Positions 1 to 8,225 of a stretch of 32,000 bases of DNA are shown piece by piece. The notes beneath the pieces were generated by a model that made no database searches, was not told where the DNA came from, and saw only the letters and a list, made by a program, of their open reading frames with translations. Positions within the stretch are counted from its first letter, which is position 1. Every line of letters begins with the position of its first letter. This stretch comes from Bdellovibrionales bacterium (GTDB taxonomy: Bacteria > Bdellovibrionota > Bdellovibrionia > Bdellovibrionales > UBA1609): contig OY843585.1 in the NCBI GenBank assembly GCA_963692945.1, positions 1,140,001-1,172,000 on the forward strand, in the 5' to 3' direction. The position numbers were made by a program, and so were the translations under genes.

Positions 1-873
1 TAACTCGCTAGGAGATTCTGTCACTTTATAACAATCTGGATCTCCACTACCTCCGCCTCCACCAACAACTACATCACCACAAACATCTTTTGCATAAGTT
101 AAAGGGGTTGTATCTGCTATGATTAACTCTACCACTTCTTCCACCTTTGTTTTTCTGGTTGCATGAGTAGTAGCTGGTAAAGCATCTATCTGTGTCTGTA
201 TATTTGTAGGAAGACCAGACTTCCCATCTGCTTTATCAATAATTTCTTCATAAAACAGAGAACAGCATTGAGAATCTTTCACTGAAATCTTAAAATCCCA
301 ATCTGTTGGAGGGTTTGTTGGAGTAGTTCCTGTTCCTTTTAAGTGAATGATTTTTGGTCTTTCACTTGCTGGCGTGGTGGTTGCACACTCTGGCAACTCT
401 GGGTCTGTTGTTGCTGTGCAATCTCTAGATACAAATTCAAAACCTGAAGGTTTAGTTTTGATATTATCATTTAAAACTTTCAAACATTTTTTATTATCAT
501 CTGTATTTGTTGAATCATCTTCATTTGCAAATTTATTTAAAAGAGATTGAATCTGAATCACCTTCCAAAGCTCCGTGTTAGAATCTTTTATTTTTTTTTG
601 AGAAGTAGATTGTTGCATGATAGATGTCCCAACCCCTAAAATAACGATAGCCCCTATTGCCGATGCAATAACAACACTAACAAGAGCAGAACCTTTTTGA
701 TTTAAATAAGAAAGCTTATTGTTTTTTAAAAGAAAGGAAAGCTTGTGAAAAAAAAGAAATTTACACTTTAAAAGTAAATGGGGGGGGGTAGAAAGGTTTT
801 TTAGAAAATAAAAAAGCAAATTTTTAAAATAAAAAAAGAAACTTCTACCTCTAGATTTAAAGGATTTTTTCAT
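1..873 (-). CDS. PilX-like minor pilin/pseudopilin, partial (3' end lies beyond position 1); start codon unresolved
   Basis: Absent from the ORF track because it has no stop inside the window. I checked by hand that the minus-strand frame is open from 873 to 1. The product contains ...LNQKGSALVSVVIASAIGAIVILGVGTSIMQQ... (Lys-Gly, then ~22 hydrophobic residues, no Glu5), the pattern of PilX_N-type minor pilins, followed by a Cys-containing Thr/Pro-rich domain. It lies directly downstream of two pilin genes on the same strand. Confidence 0.55.
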   Translation of the reverse strand, partial: MKKSFKSRGRSFFFYFKNLLFYFLKNLSTPPHLLLKCKFLFFHKLSFLLKNNKLSYLNQKGSALVSVVIASAIGAIVILGVGTSIMQQSTSQKKIKDSNTELWKVIQIQSLLNKFANEDDSTNTDDNKKCLKVLNDNIKTKPSGFEFVSRDCTATTDPELPECATTTPASERPKIIHLKGTGTTPTNPPTDWDFKISVKDSQCCSLFYEEIIDKADGKSGLPTNIQTQIDALPATTHATRKTKVEEVVELIIADTTPLTYAKDVCGDVVVGGGGGSGDPDCYKVTESPSEL

Positions 874-983
874 AGATAAATTATGAAGAAGGTTTAAAAA
901 AATATCAACTTTTAACTTAAAAAATTTACTTTAAGAATTATACACTTAATCATCAGAAAATAAGGGGAAAAAACAGGTTTTTT

Positions 984-1442
984 TTAACTACAAACTTGAG
1001 CTGCACAGGTTCCTGTCATACTCGTTCCTTTTTTTGAATTATCTGTTAACTTTCCTGTGCTATCAATACAGAATTTTAAGGGTTCGGCCTGACTTGTAGA
1101 ACTGAAACCTAAGGTTGTGTAGTCACCACCAGTTCCTACCATGTATAAACACCATTTTGTAGAATCAGAAGCATTAAAAGAAAATGTGGGCTTAGCAAAT
1201 TTACTTTTATCTTCAAAAGTCATTCTCTCCCATGCTGTATCCACAGGATTTGAATGTTCAAAATTACGAGACATTTCATATTTTTGATAAAACTCTAGAA
1301 ACATATCCTTTACCATTCCTGACTTGGCACTGTTTTTTATATTGTTATAACTGACTATTGCGACACTAGAGAGAACCCCTAGGATTGAAACAACCACAAG
1401 CAACTCTATCAAACTAAAACCTTTTCTATTTTTTTCACACAT
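984..1442 (-). CDS. Type IV pilin (prepilin-type N-terminal cleavage/methylation domain)
   Basis: Track ORF 984..1475. Motif KG|FSLIELLVVVSILGVLSSVAIV. I place the start at Met12 (ATG 1440-1442, leader MCEKNRKG), which gives a normal short leader and removes the overlap with the upstream pilin stop at 1460. C-terminal Cys pair (GTCAAQVCS). Confidence 0.85.
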   Translation of the reverse strand: MCEKNRKGFSLIELLVVVSILGVLSSVAIVSYNNIKNSAKSGMVKDMFLEFYQKYEMSRNFEHSNPVDTAWERMTFEDKSKFAKPTFSFNASDSTKWCLYMVGTGGDYTTLGFSSTSQAEPLKFCIDSTGKLTDNSKKGTSMTGTCAAQVCS

Positions 1443-1459
1443 AAAACACTTCCAAGCTT

Positions 1460-1945
1460 TTACTGACATCCACATGAAGAACTACTACAAGTCCCTTTGA
1501 TTGTAGGAGAGGTTTTTTCACTATTGTCCGTAAATTTATTTTCGGAATCCATACAAAAATTTATTGCCTCTTTAGTATTACCGTTATAACCAAATTTTTG
1601 ATACTCTTTGTGGGCATTAGTTCCAGTACCAGTGTTTGCAGTTAGGGCCTGACACCATTTTTTAGGATGAGCAGAACAATTTTTAACAATAGCAGATTTA
1701 GTAAAATATTTTTTATCGTTAGATCGGAGACTATCCCATGCTGTCTGCCAAGGATTTGTTTCTCCTAGATTTTGATCCACAAAGATAGATTGATGATAAG
1801 ATTTAAATAGCAGTTGAAGTGTATTTACCTTTCCGTCTCTCACATATTCTTGAAAGGAACTAATACTAAATGCCCCTAAGATTCCTATAATTACAACCAC
1901 TGTAAGTAGTTCTATTAAACTAAAACCTTTTATATCTTTATACAC
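1460..1945 (-). CDS. Type IV pilin (prepilin-type N-terminal cleavage/methylation domain)
   Basis: GTG start; a stop lies two codons upstream in frame. Leader MYKDIKG|FSLIELLTVVVIIGILG. Paralogous to 984..1442 (shared NP..TAW and FC.DS..K.TDNS.K....GTC motifs). C-terminal Cys cluster. Confidence 0.85.
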   Translation of the reverse strand: MYKDIKGFSLIELLTVVVIIGILGAFSISSFQEYVRDGKVNTLQLLFKSYHQSIFVDQNLGETNPWQTAWDSLRSNDKKYFTKSAIVKNCSAHPKKWCQALTANTGTGTNAHKEYQKFGYNGNTKEAINFCMDSENKFTDNSEKTSPTIKGTCSSSSCGCQ

Positions 1946-2074
1946 TCTTTAATGATTAGATAAACTTTAGGAATTATCAAATTCTTTTAGTAAAATTTTG
2001 ATCTTTAAAAAGAAAATCTTAGACTTTAGTGTTTAAAACACTCCTATGCTTTTAATCTCATTATGAGATTCTTT

Positions 2075-2387
2075 CAAAACTCTAGTGCGAAAAACAGAAG
2101 TTTTTCTCTAGTTCAAACATAAACCTGTTAAACAACTCTTATTTTAATGAGATTTGAAGAAAATTTTATAAGCGAAAAACCAGTAGTTTTCCTATATGTA
2201 AAAACCAGCAGTGCGAAAACCAGTAGGTTTTCTCTAGTTCAAACAATAAGCCTGTTAAGTAACTCTTATTTTAACGAGATTTGAAGAGCATCCCTCTTGC
2301 GATGAAAAGCTCGTTAAAATAAGAGTAGGAAATACTTTTTTGAACTAGAGTTTTGTAAAAGAGCATTAGAACTGAACTAGAGTTTTG
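2075..2387. mobile_element. MITE-like hairpin repeat element (long copy with an internal ~126-bp duplication)
   Basis: Begins CAAAACTCTAG (2075-2085) and ends CTAGAGTTTTG (2377-2387), 11-bp perfect terminal inverted repeats. Internal unit gtgcgaaaa..ctctagttcaaaca..cctgttaa..aactcttattttaa.gagatttgaaga occurs at 2085-2160 and 2211-2286. Perfect 17-bp stem 2262-2278 / 2310-2326. Homologous to 4220-4432. Confidence 0.5.
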
Positions 2388-2712
2388 TTCTATGACTATT
2401 TTTTAGTTTTTTAATCTCTGCTTTAGACAAACCTGTCACTTCCGAAATCAAAGAGATATCAAGTTTTTTCTTTAACATATTCAAAATAACTTTTTGAAAC
2501 TTTTGTTGTCCTTCTTGTCGTCCTTTTTGTTGTCCTTCTTGTCGTCCTTTTTGAAACCCTTTTTTAAACCCTTTTTCAGACTCTTCTGGAAACCATTCTC
2601 GTTGTGCTTCTTCAAACCCTTTTTGACGCTCTTTTATCCAAGTTTGAAACCCTTTTTTAAGAGTTTCTTGAAACTCTTTATCCATAGCTTGTTCTTTTAT
2701 AATCTTTTTCAT
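2377..2712 (-). CDS. Stand-alone Rpn C-terminal-tail protein (RpnS-like), 111 aa
   Basis: The C-terminal ~35 aa (VILNMLKKKLDISLISEVTGLSKAEIKKLKNSH) are nearly identical to the C-terminus of the adjacent Rpn protein. GAGGAGG lies upstream of the ATG. The Lys/Gln/Gly/Glu-rich linker contains a tandem duplication (QKGRQEGQ x2). The last codons run into the MITE-like element. Confidence 0.7.
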   Translation of the reverse strand: MKKIIKEQAMDKEFQETLKKGFQTWIKERQKGFEEAQREWFPEESEKGFKKGFQKGRQEGQQKGRQEGQQKFQKVILNMLKKKLDISLISEVTGLSKAEIKKLKNSHRTKL

Positions 2713-2767
2713 ATTTATTATAGTTCCTCCTCTTTTTAAAAATCCCTCTTTGAAGACATTTAAAAAA

Positions 2768-3034
2768 TCACTTATGACTATTTTTTAGTTTTTTAATCTC
2801 TGCTTTAGACAAACCTGTCACTTCCGAAATCAAAGAGATATCAAGTTTTTTCTTCAACATATTCAAAATAACTTCTTTAAACTCTTGTCGTTTTTCTCGT
2901 CGTCCCTCTCGTCGTCCTTTTTTAAACCCTTCTTGTCGTCCCCTAGTTTGTCCGTTTTTAAACCATTTTTTTCGTTCTTCCTGTCGTCCTTCTTCCCGAG
3001 CTCGTTCTCTTACAATCTCTCTCATATTTATCAT
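2768..3034 (-). CDS. Stand-alone Rpn C-terminal-tail protein (RpnS-like), 88 aa
   Basis: MINMREIVRERAREEG... parallels Rpn residues MINMRKIIRERALEEG... It has the same C-terminal module and the same upstream aaaagaggaggaact-ATG. Confidence 0.7.
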   Translation of the reverse strand: MINMREIVRERAREEGRQEERKKWFKNGQTRGRQEGFKKGRREGRREKRQEFKEVILNMLKKKLDISLISEVTGLSKAEIKKLKNSHK

Positions 3035-3080
3035 AGTTCCTCCTCTTTTTAAAAGCCCCTCTTTGAAGACATTTAAAAAA

Positions 3081-3275
3081 TCACTTATGACTATTTTTTA
3101 GTTTTTTAATCTCTGCTTTAGACAAACCTGTCACTTCCGCAATCAAAGAGATATCAAGTTTTTTCTTTAACATATTCAAAATAACTTTTTGAAACTTTTG
3201 TTGTCCCTTATCTTGCCCTTTTTGAAACCCCTCTTCCAGAGCTCGTTCTCTTATAATCTTTCTCATATTTATCAT
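3081..3275 (-). CDS. Possible internally initiated small isoform of Rpn (RpnS-like, 64 aa)
   Basis: In-frame ATG at 3273-3275 is preceded, inside the Rpn coding sequence, by GAGGAGG (complement of 3281-3287). This is the same SD-ATG arrangement used by the two stand-alone tail genes. Confidence 0.45.
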   Translation of the reverse strand: MINMRKIIRERALEEGFQKGQDKGQQKFQKVILNMLKKKLDISLIAEVTGLSKAEIKKLKNSHK

Positions 3276-4124
3276 AGTTCCTCCTCTTTTTAAAAATCCC
3301 TCTTTTACCATCAAATCCTCAATCTTCTTCCAATTCTTTGCACTCAACCCCGTGTTCTGTTTCAGATACTCAGTAATTCCTAACAAAACATCCTCTTTTC
3401 GTTGACCTTCTATACTTTTAAACAACTCCTTAAAATCTAAAACAATCTCACGCAACTTAGAATCTGTTGGGTTCTTTAAACTCCATATTTCCCTCAATAA
3501 ACTCAACGCCCCTCGTCCCTTAAACCTTTTATCCTTACCAGCTCTTTGGACTCTTGGAGCATTCACATCTATTACTTTCAACTTGTAGTTTAACATGTTT
3601 TTTCTTGTTTCTAAAGGAATTTTAAAAAGAGAATCTCTAAAATTCTCTTCTAAAAAAGAAGATTTCCACTTCATATTTTGTCTCCCATGATAAAACAAAA
3701 CAGGAATTATAGGTTGTAAATAACCAAGATGGTCTTTATTGTGTCGGTGAATTAACACTTGATAATCTAAGAGTTGATGGAAGAGGTTTTTATCATAATA
3801 GGACTTATGTTCTAGAAGAATAAAGAGGGTGAGTTTCATTTTAGGGATTTTTTTAAAAGGAACGGAGAAAATAAGATCAGCTCTTTTATCTTCAAAACTA
3901 TCTTTTTCTATTTTTAGTTTTTTCCAATCATAAGCTTTCATTTCTTTTTTTGAAAAGATGAGTTCAAAGAGTTCTGTAGCTAAGTCAGGATTAGAATAGA
4001 AGAGTTTAAAAAACTTATCATGACTAAAAGCTGTGTTTTTCTTATGAATTCCTTTTTTAAATTCTAAGGTTTGATTTTTAAGATTTAAAGCTTGCTTAGT
4101 TTTTTTAGACATTGTTTTTCTCAA
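3081..4124 (-). CDS. Rpn family recombination-promoting nuclease / putative transposase (YhgA-like PD-(D/E)XK)
   Basis: 347 aa. Nuclease core pattern KRADLIFSV ... LTLFILLEHKSYYDKNLFHQLLDY (D ... E-x-K), typical of the Rpn/Transposase_31 family. The C-terminal tail is repeated in the two downstream genes. Confidence 0.8.
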   Translation of the reverse strand: MRKTMSKKTKQALNLKNQTLEFKKGIHKKNTAFSHDKFFKLFYSNPDLATELFELIFSKKEMKAYDWKKLKIEKDSFEDKRADLIFSVPFKKIPKMKLTLFILLEHKSYYDKNLFHQLLDYQVLIHRHNKDHLGYLQPIIPVLFYHGRQNMKWKSSFLEENFRDSLFKIPLETRKNMLNYKLKVIDVNAPRVQRAGKDKRFKGRGALSLLREIWSLKNPTDSKLREIVLDFKELFKSIEGQRKEDVLLGITEYLKQNTGLSAKNWKKIEDLMVKEGFLKRGGTMINMRKIIRERALEEGFQKGQDKGQQKFQKVILNMLKKKLDISLIAEVTGLSKAEIKKLKNSHK

Positions 4125-4219
4125 TATCTATATAAAGCAAAAAGAGAGTATGAATAAACTATCAAGAAGCAGGGCTTTTTTTCATTTTTTATTTGTAAAT
4201 TCGGATACTGTCGTTTTTA

Positions 4220-4432
4220 CAAAACTCTAGTGTATGAACTTTCATTTTCACGAGATTTGAAGAACAAAGCCCTTCATGTGAAAAACAGCAGTTTTTTTAT
4301 AAGCGAAAAACCAGTAGTTTTTCTCTAGTTCGCTATAAGTAAGAACTCTTTTCTTTTTAGGTGTTTGAGGAGCTCCTACGACGAAAATCTCCTAAAAAGA
4401 AAAGAGTATTAGAACTGAACTAGAGTTTTGTA
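4220..4432. mobile_element. MITE-like hairpin repeat element (short copy)
   Basis: Same 11-bp termini as the 2075-2387 copy (CAAAACTCTAG 4220-4230 ... CTAGAGTTTTG 4422-4432), flanked by TA on both sides. Perfect 17-bp stem 4345-4361 / 4391-4407. Shares ataagcgaaaaaccagtagtttt and attagaactgaactagagttttg with the left copy. It abuts the cpaF-like stop codon. Confidence 0.5.
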
Positions 4433-4433
4433 A

Positions 4434-5552
4434 TCAAGCGGCTTGTTTCTTAACAAAAAACTTCCTAGAAAATGAAAGTTGATTGTCTTCAATCTCTTCC
4501 ATAAAAGAGGGAATAACTCCGGTTGCTTTCAAACGACCTTCTAATTTACCATCTGGTTTTTTCACAAGCCGACCAATAGAAAATAAGTTTTGCACTTGAT
4601 ACACACCATTTTCAACACCTAAGACTTCAGAAACTTCACTCACTCTACGAGAACCATCAGAAAAACGAGAAATCTGAACAATCAAATCAATAGCCGATGC
4701 AATTTGAAACTGAAGAGCTTTTTCACTCAACTGTGAATCAGCTCCTTGAGCAAGAGCTTCTAGTCGGACAATGGCATCTTGAGAACTATTGGCATGAACT
4801 GTTCCTAAACATCCTTTATGCCCTGTATTCATTGCATTGATCAACTCTAAGGCCTCACCCCCACGAACTTCTCCCACAATAATACGATCAGGACGAAGTC
4901 TTAAGCTACTTTTAACTAAATCTCTAATAGTCACTTCTCCCTTACCTTGAGCATTAGCCATTTTCGTTTCAAAAAAAACAACATGTTCATATTCCACTTT
5001 TAATTCACTAGCATCTTCTATCACAATAACTCTTTGTCCTTTAGGAATATAAGAACACATCGCCCCTAGTAGTGTTGTTTTACCAGAACCTGTCCCACCA
5101 CTGATTAATATATTCTTACCTAAAGCACTTGCAACTTTTAAAAATTCAGCCACTGTTCCTGTTAAAGTTCCAAAACGAATGTAATCTTCAAAAGTAAATT
5201 GATCGGAAGAAAATTTACGAATCGCTAAAGTTGTTCCTTTACGAGAGCAAGGAGGTATAACAGCATGAATACGATAACCATTAGGCAATCTAGCATCCAA
5301 GCGAGGATGCTCTTCTGTGATCTGACGACCTACACTTTGAGCAATATTTGTGATGGCAGCAAATAAAGCATCTTCATCTGAAAAAGCCGCGTCTGTTTTT
5401 TGAATCTTTCCAGCCACTTCCACCCATATTTCCTGATAACTATTGACCATAACTTCAGTCACTTTTTCATCTTTTAAAAGATGCCAAATAGGTTGAAGAA
5501 AACCTTTTACAGCGGATTCAAAAACACTTGTGTTTTTTTCTTTTTCGTCCAT
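4434..5552 (-). CDS. cpaF: CpaF/TadA-family type II/IV secretion system ATPase
   Basis: Walker A GGTGSGKTTLL. LRPDRIIVGEVRGGEALELINAMNTGHKGCLGTVHANS matches the CpaF/VirB11-type hexameric ATPase signature. RLDARLPNGYRIHAVIPP..GTTLAIRKF. Confidence 0.85.
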   Translation of the reverse strand: MDEKEKNTSVFESAVKGFLQPIWHLLKDEKVTEVMVNSYQEIWVEVAGKIQKTDAAFSDEDALFAAITNIAQSVGRQITEEHPRLDARLPNGYRIHAVIPPCSRKGTTLAIRKFSSDQFTFEDYIRFGTLTGTVAEFLKVASALGKNILISGGTGSGKTTLLGAMCSYIPKGQRVIVIEDASELKVEYEHVVFFETKMANAQGKGEVTIRDLVKSSLRLRPDRIIVGEVRGGEALELINAMNTGHKGCLGTVHANSSQDAIVRLEALAQGADSQLSEKALQFQIASAIDLIVQISRFSDGSRRVSEVSEVLGVENGVYQVQNLFSIGRLVKKPDGKLEGRLKATGVIPSFMEEIEDNQLSFSRKFFVKKQAA

Positions 5553-5621
5553 ACCTACTTTTCGGCAAAATAGAGCTAAAACTGAAAAAAATTTAAAACC
5601 AAATCTATTGAAAATAAATAA

Positions 5622-6674
5622 TCAACTGATATCACAAATGGTTTTTAAGATACGAGAGGAAACCACATAAGGGTCTGCATTGGCACCCGGGCGACGATCT
5701 TCCAAATAACCACAACCTTTTTGAGCCACATGCAAAGGAATCCGAATAGAAGCTCCTCTATCACCTACACCGTGTCTGAATTGGTCAATACGACAAGTCT
5801 CATGTTCACCTGTTAATCGCTCTGATAAACGATCTCCATAAACAGCAATGTGTTTGTCATGTTGTTTAGATAATCTATCTATACATTTATCAATAACACT
5901 CATCCCTGTTTTTTGATCTCTCATAGTTTTAATAGAAAAATTTGTATGTTGACCAGCCCCGTTCCAATCTCCTGTGATAGGTTTGTTATCTAAAGTCACA
6001 GTGATTCCATAATCTTCTCCTATACGGTAAAGCAACCAACGAGCCAACCAAGAATGGTCAGCTACATTTAATGGACCTGCATCTTCTCCTTCTACACCTC
6101 TATAACCAATTTGAAACTCCCATTGACCAGGCATCACCTCTGCATTAACTCCAAAAATCATAAGACCGGCTTGCAAACTACAAATCGCATGTTTTTCTAC
6201 AAGATCTCTACCAAAAACTTCATCAGAACCAACACCACAGTAAAAAGGTCCTTGAGGGGCTGGATAACCTTTTTCAGGCCAACCTAAAGGTATACGACCT
6301 TTAAAAAGTGTGTATTCTTGTTCAAAACCAAACCAAGGCTCTTCTTTTGCAACCCCTGCAGCTAAAACTCTTCTCAATTCGGCTCTTGTATTTGTTGAGT
6401 GAGGAGTATTATCAGAGTTAAAAACTTCACACATTGCCAAAAAATGACCTGCTCCTCTAATAGGGTCTTGAATAAAACAAACTGGTTTTAAAATAAGATC
6501 TGAATTATTACCAGGAGCTTGATAAGTTGAAGAACCATCAAAACCCCAGTCTGGTAAATCTCCTAATTTCAAATTATTAATATCGCCTTTGATAGGAATA
6601 ACCCTAGATTTAGATCGTAATTTCTGAGTGGGTTTTGCACCATCCATCCAAATGTATTCACAAATACCTAACAT
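5622..6674 (-). CDS. glnII: Glutamine synthetase, type II (eukaryote-like GSII)
   Basis: 350 aa. The N-terminus EYIWMDG..PTQKLRSKSR and overall length match GSII rather than GSI. AGGAGG SD upstream. Confidence 0.85.
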   Translation of the reverse strand: MLGICEYIWMDGAKPTQKLRSKSRVIPIKGDINNLKLGDLPDWGFDGSSTYQAPGNNSDLILKPVCFIQDPIRGAGHFLAMCEVFNSDNTPHSTNTRAELRRVLAAGVAKEEPWFGFEQEYTLFKGRIPLGWPEKGYPAPQGPFYCGVGSDEVFGRDLVEKHAICSLQAGLMIFGVNAEVMPGQWEFQIGYRGVEGEDAGPLNVADHSWLARWLLYRIGEDYGITVTLDNKPITGDWNGAGQHTNFSIKTMRDQKTGMSVIDKCIDRLSKQHDKHIAVYGDRLSERLTGEHETCRIDQFRHGVGDRGASIRIPLHVAQKGCGYLEDRRPGANADPYVVSSRILKTICDIS

Positions 6675-6781
6675 AGTCCCCTCCTGTTATAAAAAAACTA
6701 GGATAATATTTTTAAAAAATCAAGTTTTTATATTAGATTCTTGAGAAAAATAATAATAAATCTTTTGAACTTAATAAAAAA

Positions 6782-8218
6782 TTATTTTTTTATGCTAATT
6801 TCCTGAGAAAAATAATCCTTAAAAGAGATTTCTTCTAAAGGGGCTAAGCCTTCTACTTGCAAGAGTTGCTCCTTAACAGCAGGATTTCCATAAACAACAA
6901 CACCTAAATTTTTAGAACTCAAATAAGATTTTATGGCTTCATTGACTTCTTCAATAGAAATATCATCAATTAGAGAGATAGAATCTTTCACAAAAGAAGG
7001 ATTTGTACCTAAATAATAATTATAATACACCCTCTCACTCAAATAACTCTCTGGTGTCTGTATAGATTGAAGTTGTTCACTTTTTAACAACAATTTTGCC
7101 TCTTTTAACTCTTTTTCTGTAATACCTTTTTCCTGAAAATCTTTTAAAAGATTTAAAGCCTCTTTTAAAAAAAGACCCGTGGTCTTTGTCTGAGTTGCAG
7201 CCACTAAGGTGAAAAAACCATAAGCCTTACCTAAAGACAACTGAGAATAAACACCATAAGTTAACCCCATTTCTTCTCTCAACTGAAACATCAAACGACT
7301 TTCTAACCCAGCATCACCTAAAACTTTATTTGCTAAATCTAAAACGATAGAAAGCCTTGGATTATCCTTTGGAAAAGCAAGAGTTTGAAAACCAAGAATG
7401 ATTTGAGATTGCACTTGATCTTTTTTCTTTAACAGCTTGAAAAAACTAGACTTTTTAAGAGGCACAGAGGTTAATGGTTTTTCTGTTTCTTTTTTAAATT
7501 GGCTGTCAAAAGAGGAAATGATTTCCTTTTCCAATTCACGATCAAATTGACCAACAACTGTGAGAACGGGCTGACCTTCTAGGTAATAATCCTTAAAAAA
7601 CTGTTTTACATCTTCTAAAGTTATCTCATTTAAAGAAGGAACGGTTCCATTTACAGATTGAGATACAGCAGCCTCCCCTTGAAAAAGACTACCTCGCCAA
7701 ACTTCAAAAGCTACAGAACCGGGACTATCTAAATATTCATATCTTATGTCTAAAAATTGGTTACGCAAAAGATTAAATTCTTTTTGTTCTAGATGAGCTT
7801 CCGTTGTGATTTTAAAAAACACATCCCATAAGTTTTCAGCATGCCAACTTAAGCCACTCATACTGATTTTTGCAAACTGTCTAGTTACATTAGAACCGAA
7901 TCGAGCTCCATAATAATCTATAGTTTCTTGAATAGATTCTGAGTTCAACCCCCCAGCCCCTTGCTCAAGCAAGTTAGCCGTTACAACACTCAAACCACTT
8001 TTATTTTTGTAATCATAATCAGCCCCTGATCTTAAAAACCATAATGTGAACCGAATATAGGGAAGATTTTTATCTTCCAAAAATAAAATTTTTAATCCTG
8101 ACTTTGTAACAACCTCTTTATAGGTTTTCATAAAAGACTTATTGATAACCACTCCTCCAAGTATAGTAAAAACTCCAAAAGCACAGATAAAAAAGAAATA
8201 TTTTCTTAAAAAAGCCAT
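6782..8218 (-). CDS. M16-family (pitrilysin/insulinase-like) peptidase, non-catalytic-type subunit
   Basis: 478 aa with an N-terminal signal/TM segment. M16 fold pattern but no HxxEH motif. Immediately downstream of the HxxEH-bearing partner. Confidence 0.7.
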   Translation of the reverse strand: MAFLRKYFFFICAFGVFTILGGVVINKSFMKTYKEVVTKSGLKILFLEDKNLPYIRFTLWFLRSGADYDYKNKSGLSVVTANLLEQGAGGLNSESIQETIDYYGARFGSNVTRQFAKISMSGLSWHAENLWDVFFKITTEAHLEQKEFNLLRNQFLDIRYEYLDSPGSVAFEVWRGSLFQGEAAVSQSVNGTVPSLNEITLEDVKQFFKDYYLEGQPVLTVVGQFDRELEKEIISSFDSQFKKETEKPLTSVPLKKSSFFKLLKKKDQVQSQIILGFQTLAFPKDNPRLSIVLDLANKVLGDAGLESRLMFQLREEMGLTYGVYSQLSLGKAYGFFTLVAATQTKTTGLFLKEALNLLKDFQEKGITEKELKEAKLLLKSEQLQSIQTPESYLSERVYYNYYLGTNPSFVKDSISLIDDISIEEVNEAIKSYLSSKNLGVVVYGNPAVKEQLLQVEGLAPLEEISFKDYFSQEISIKK

Positions 8219-8225
8219 CTCTTCA

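Noticed and set aside
347-550. 67-aa plus-strand ORF
   Set aside because: It lies entirely inside the longer open minus-strand frame of the PilX-like gene. It has no SD and no recognisable features.
1443-1475. Upstream start (MWMSVKAWKCF...) for the pilin ORF 984..1475
   Set aside because: It would give a 19-aa leader overlapping the preceding pilin gene. Met12 gives the canonical short basic leader ending in Gly. It is kept as an alternative only.
2085-2286. Possible CRISPR array or other spacer-repeat structure, from the repeated units here and at 9682-9757 and 12081-12192
   Set aside because: There are only two to three copies each, the repeats are contiguous or separated by homologous rather than unique sequence, and no cas genes are in the window.
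2494-2739. 81-aa plus-strand ORF (FLSSFLLSFL... repeats)
   Set aside because: It is the antisense shadow of the Lys/Gln/Gly/Glu-rich linker of the RpnS-like gene. The low-complexity Leu/Phe/Ser product is typical of the reverse strand of AAR/GAR-rich coding sequence.
5622-6674. Eukaryote-like GSII as a horizontal-transfer oddity
   Set aside because: Type II glutamine synthetases are well documented in several bacterial lineages. Composition and SD usage match the neighbouring genes, so nothing here indicates recent transfer.
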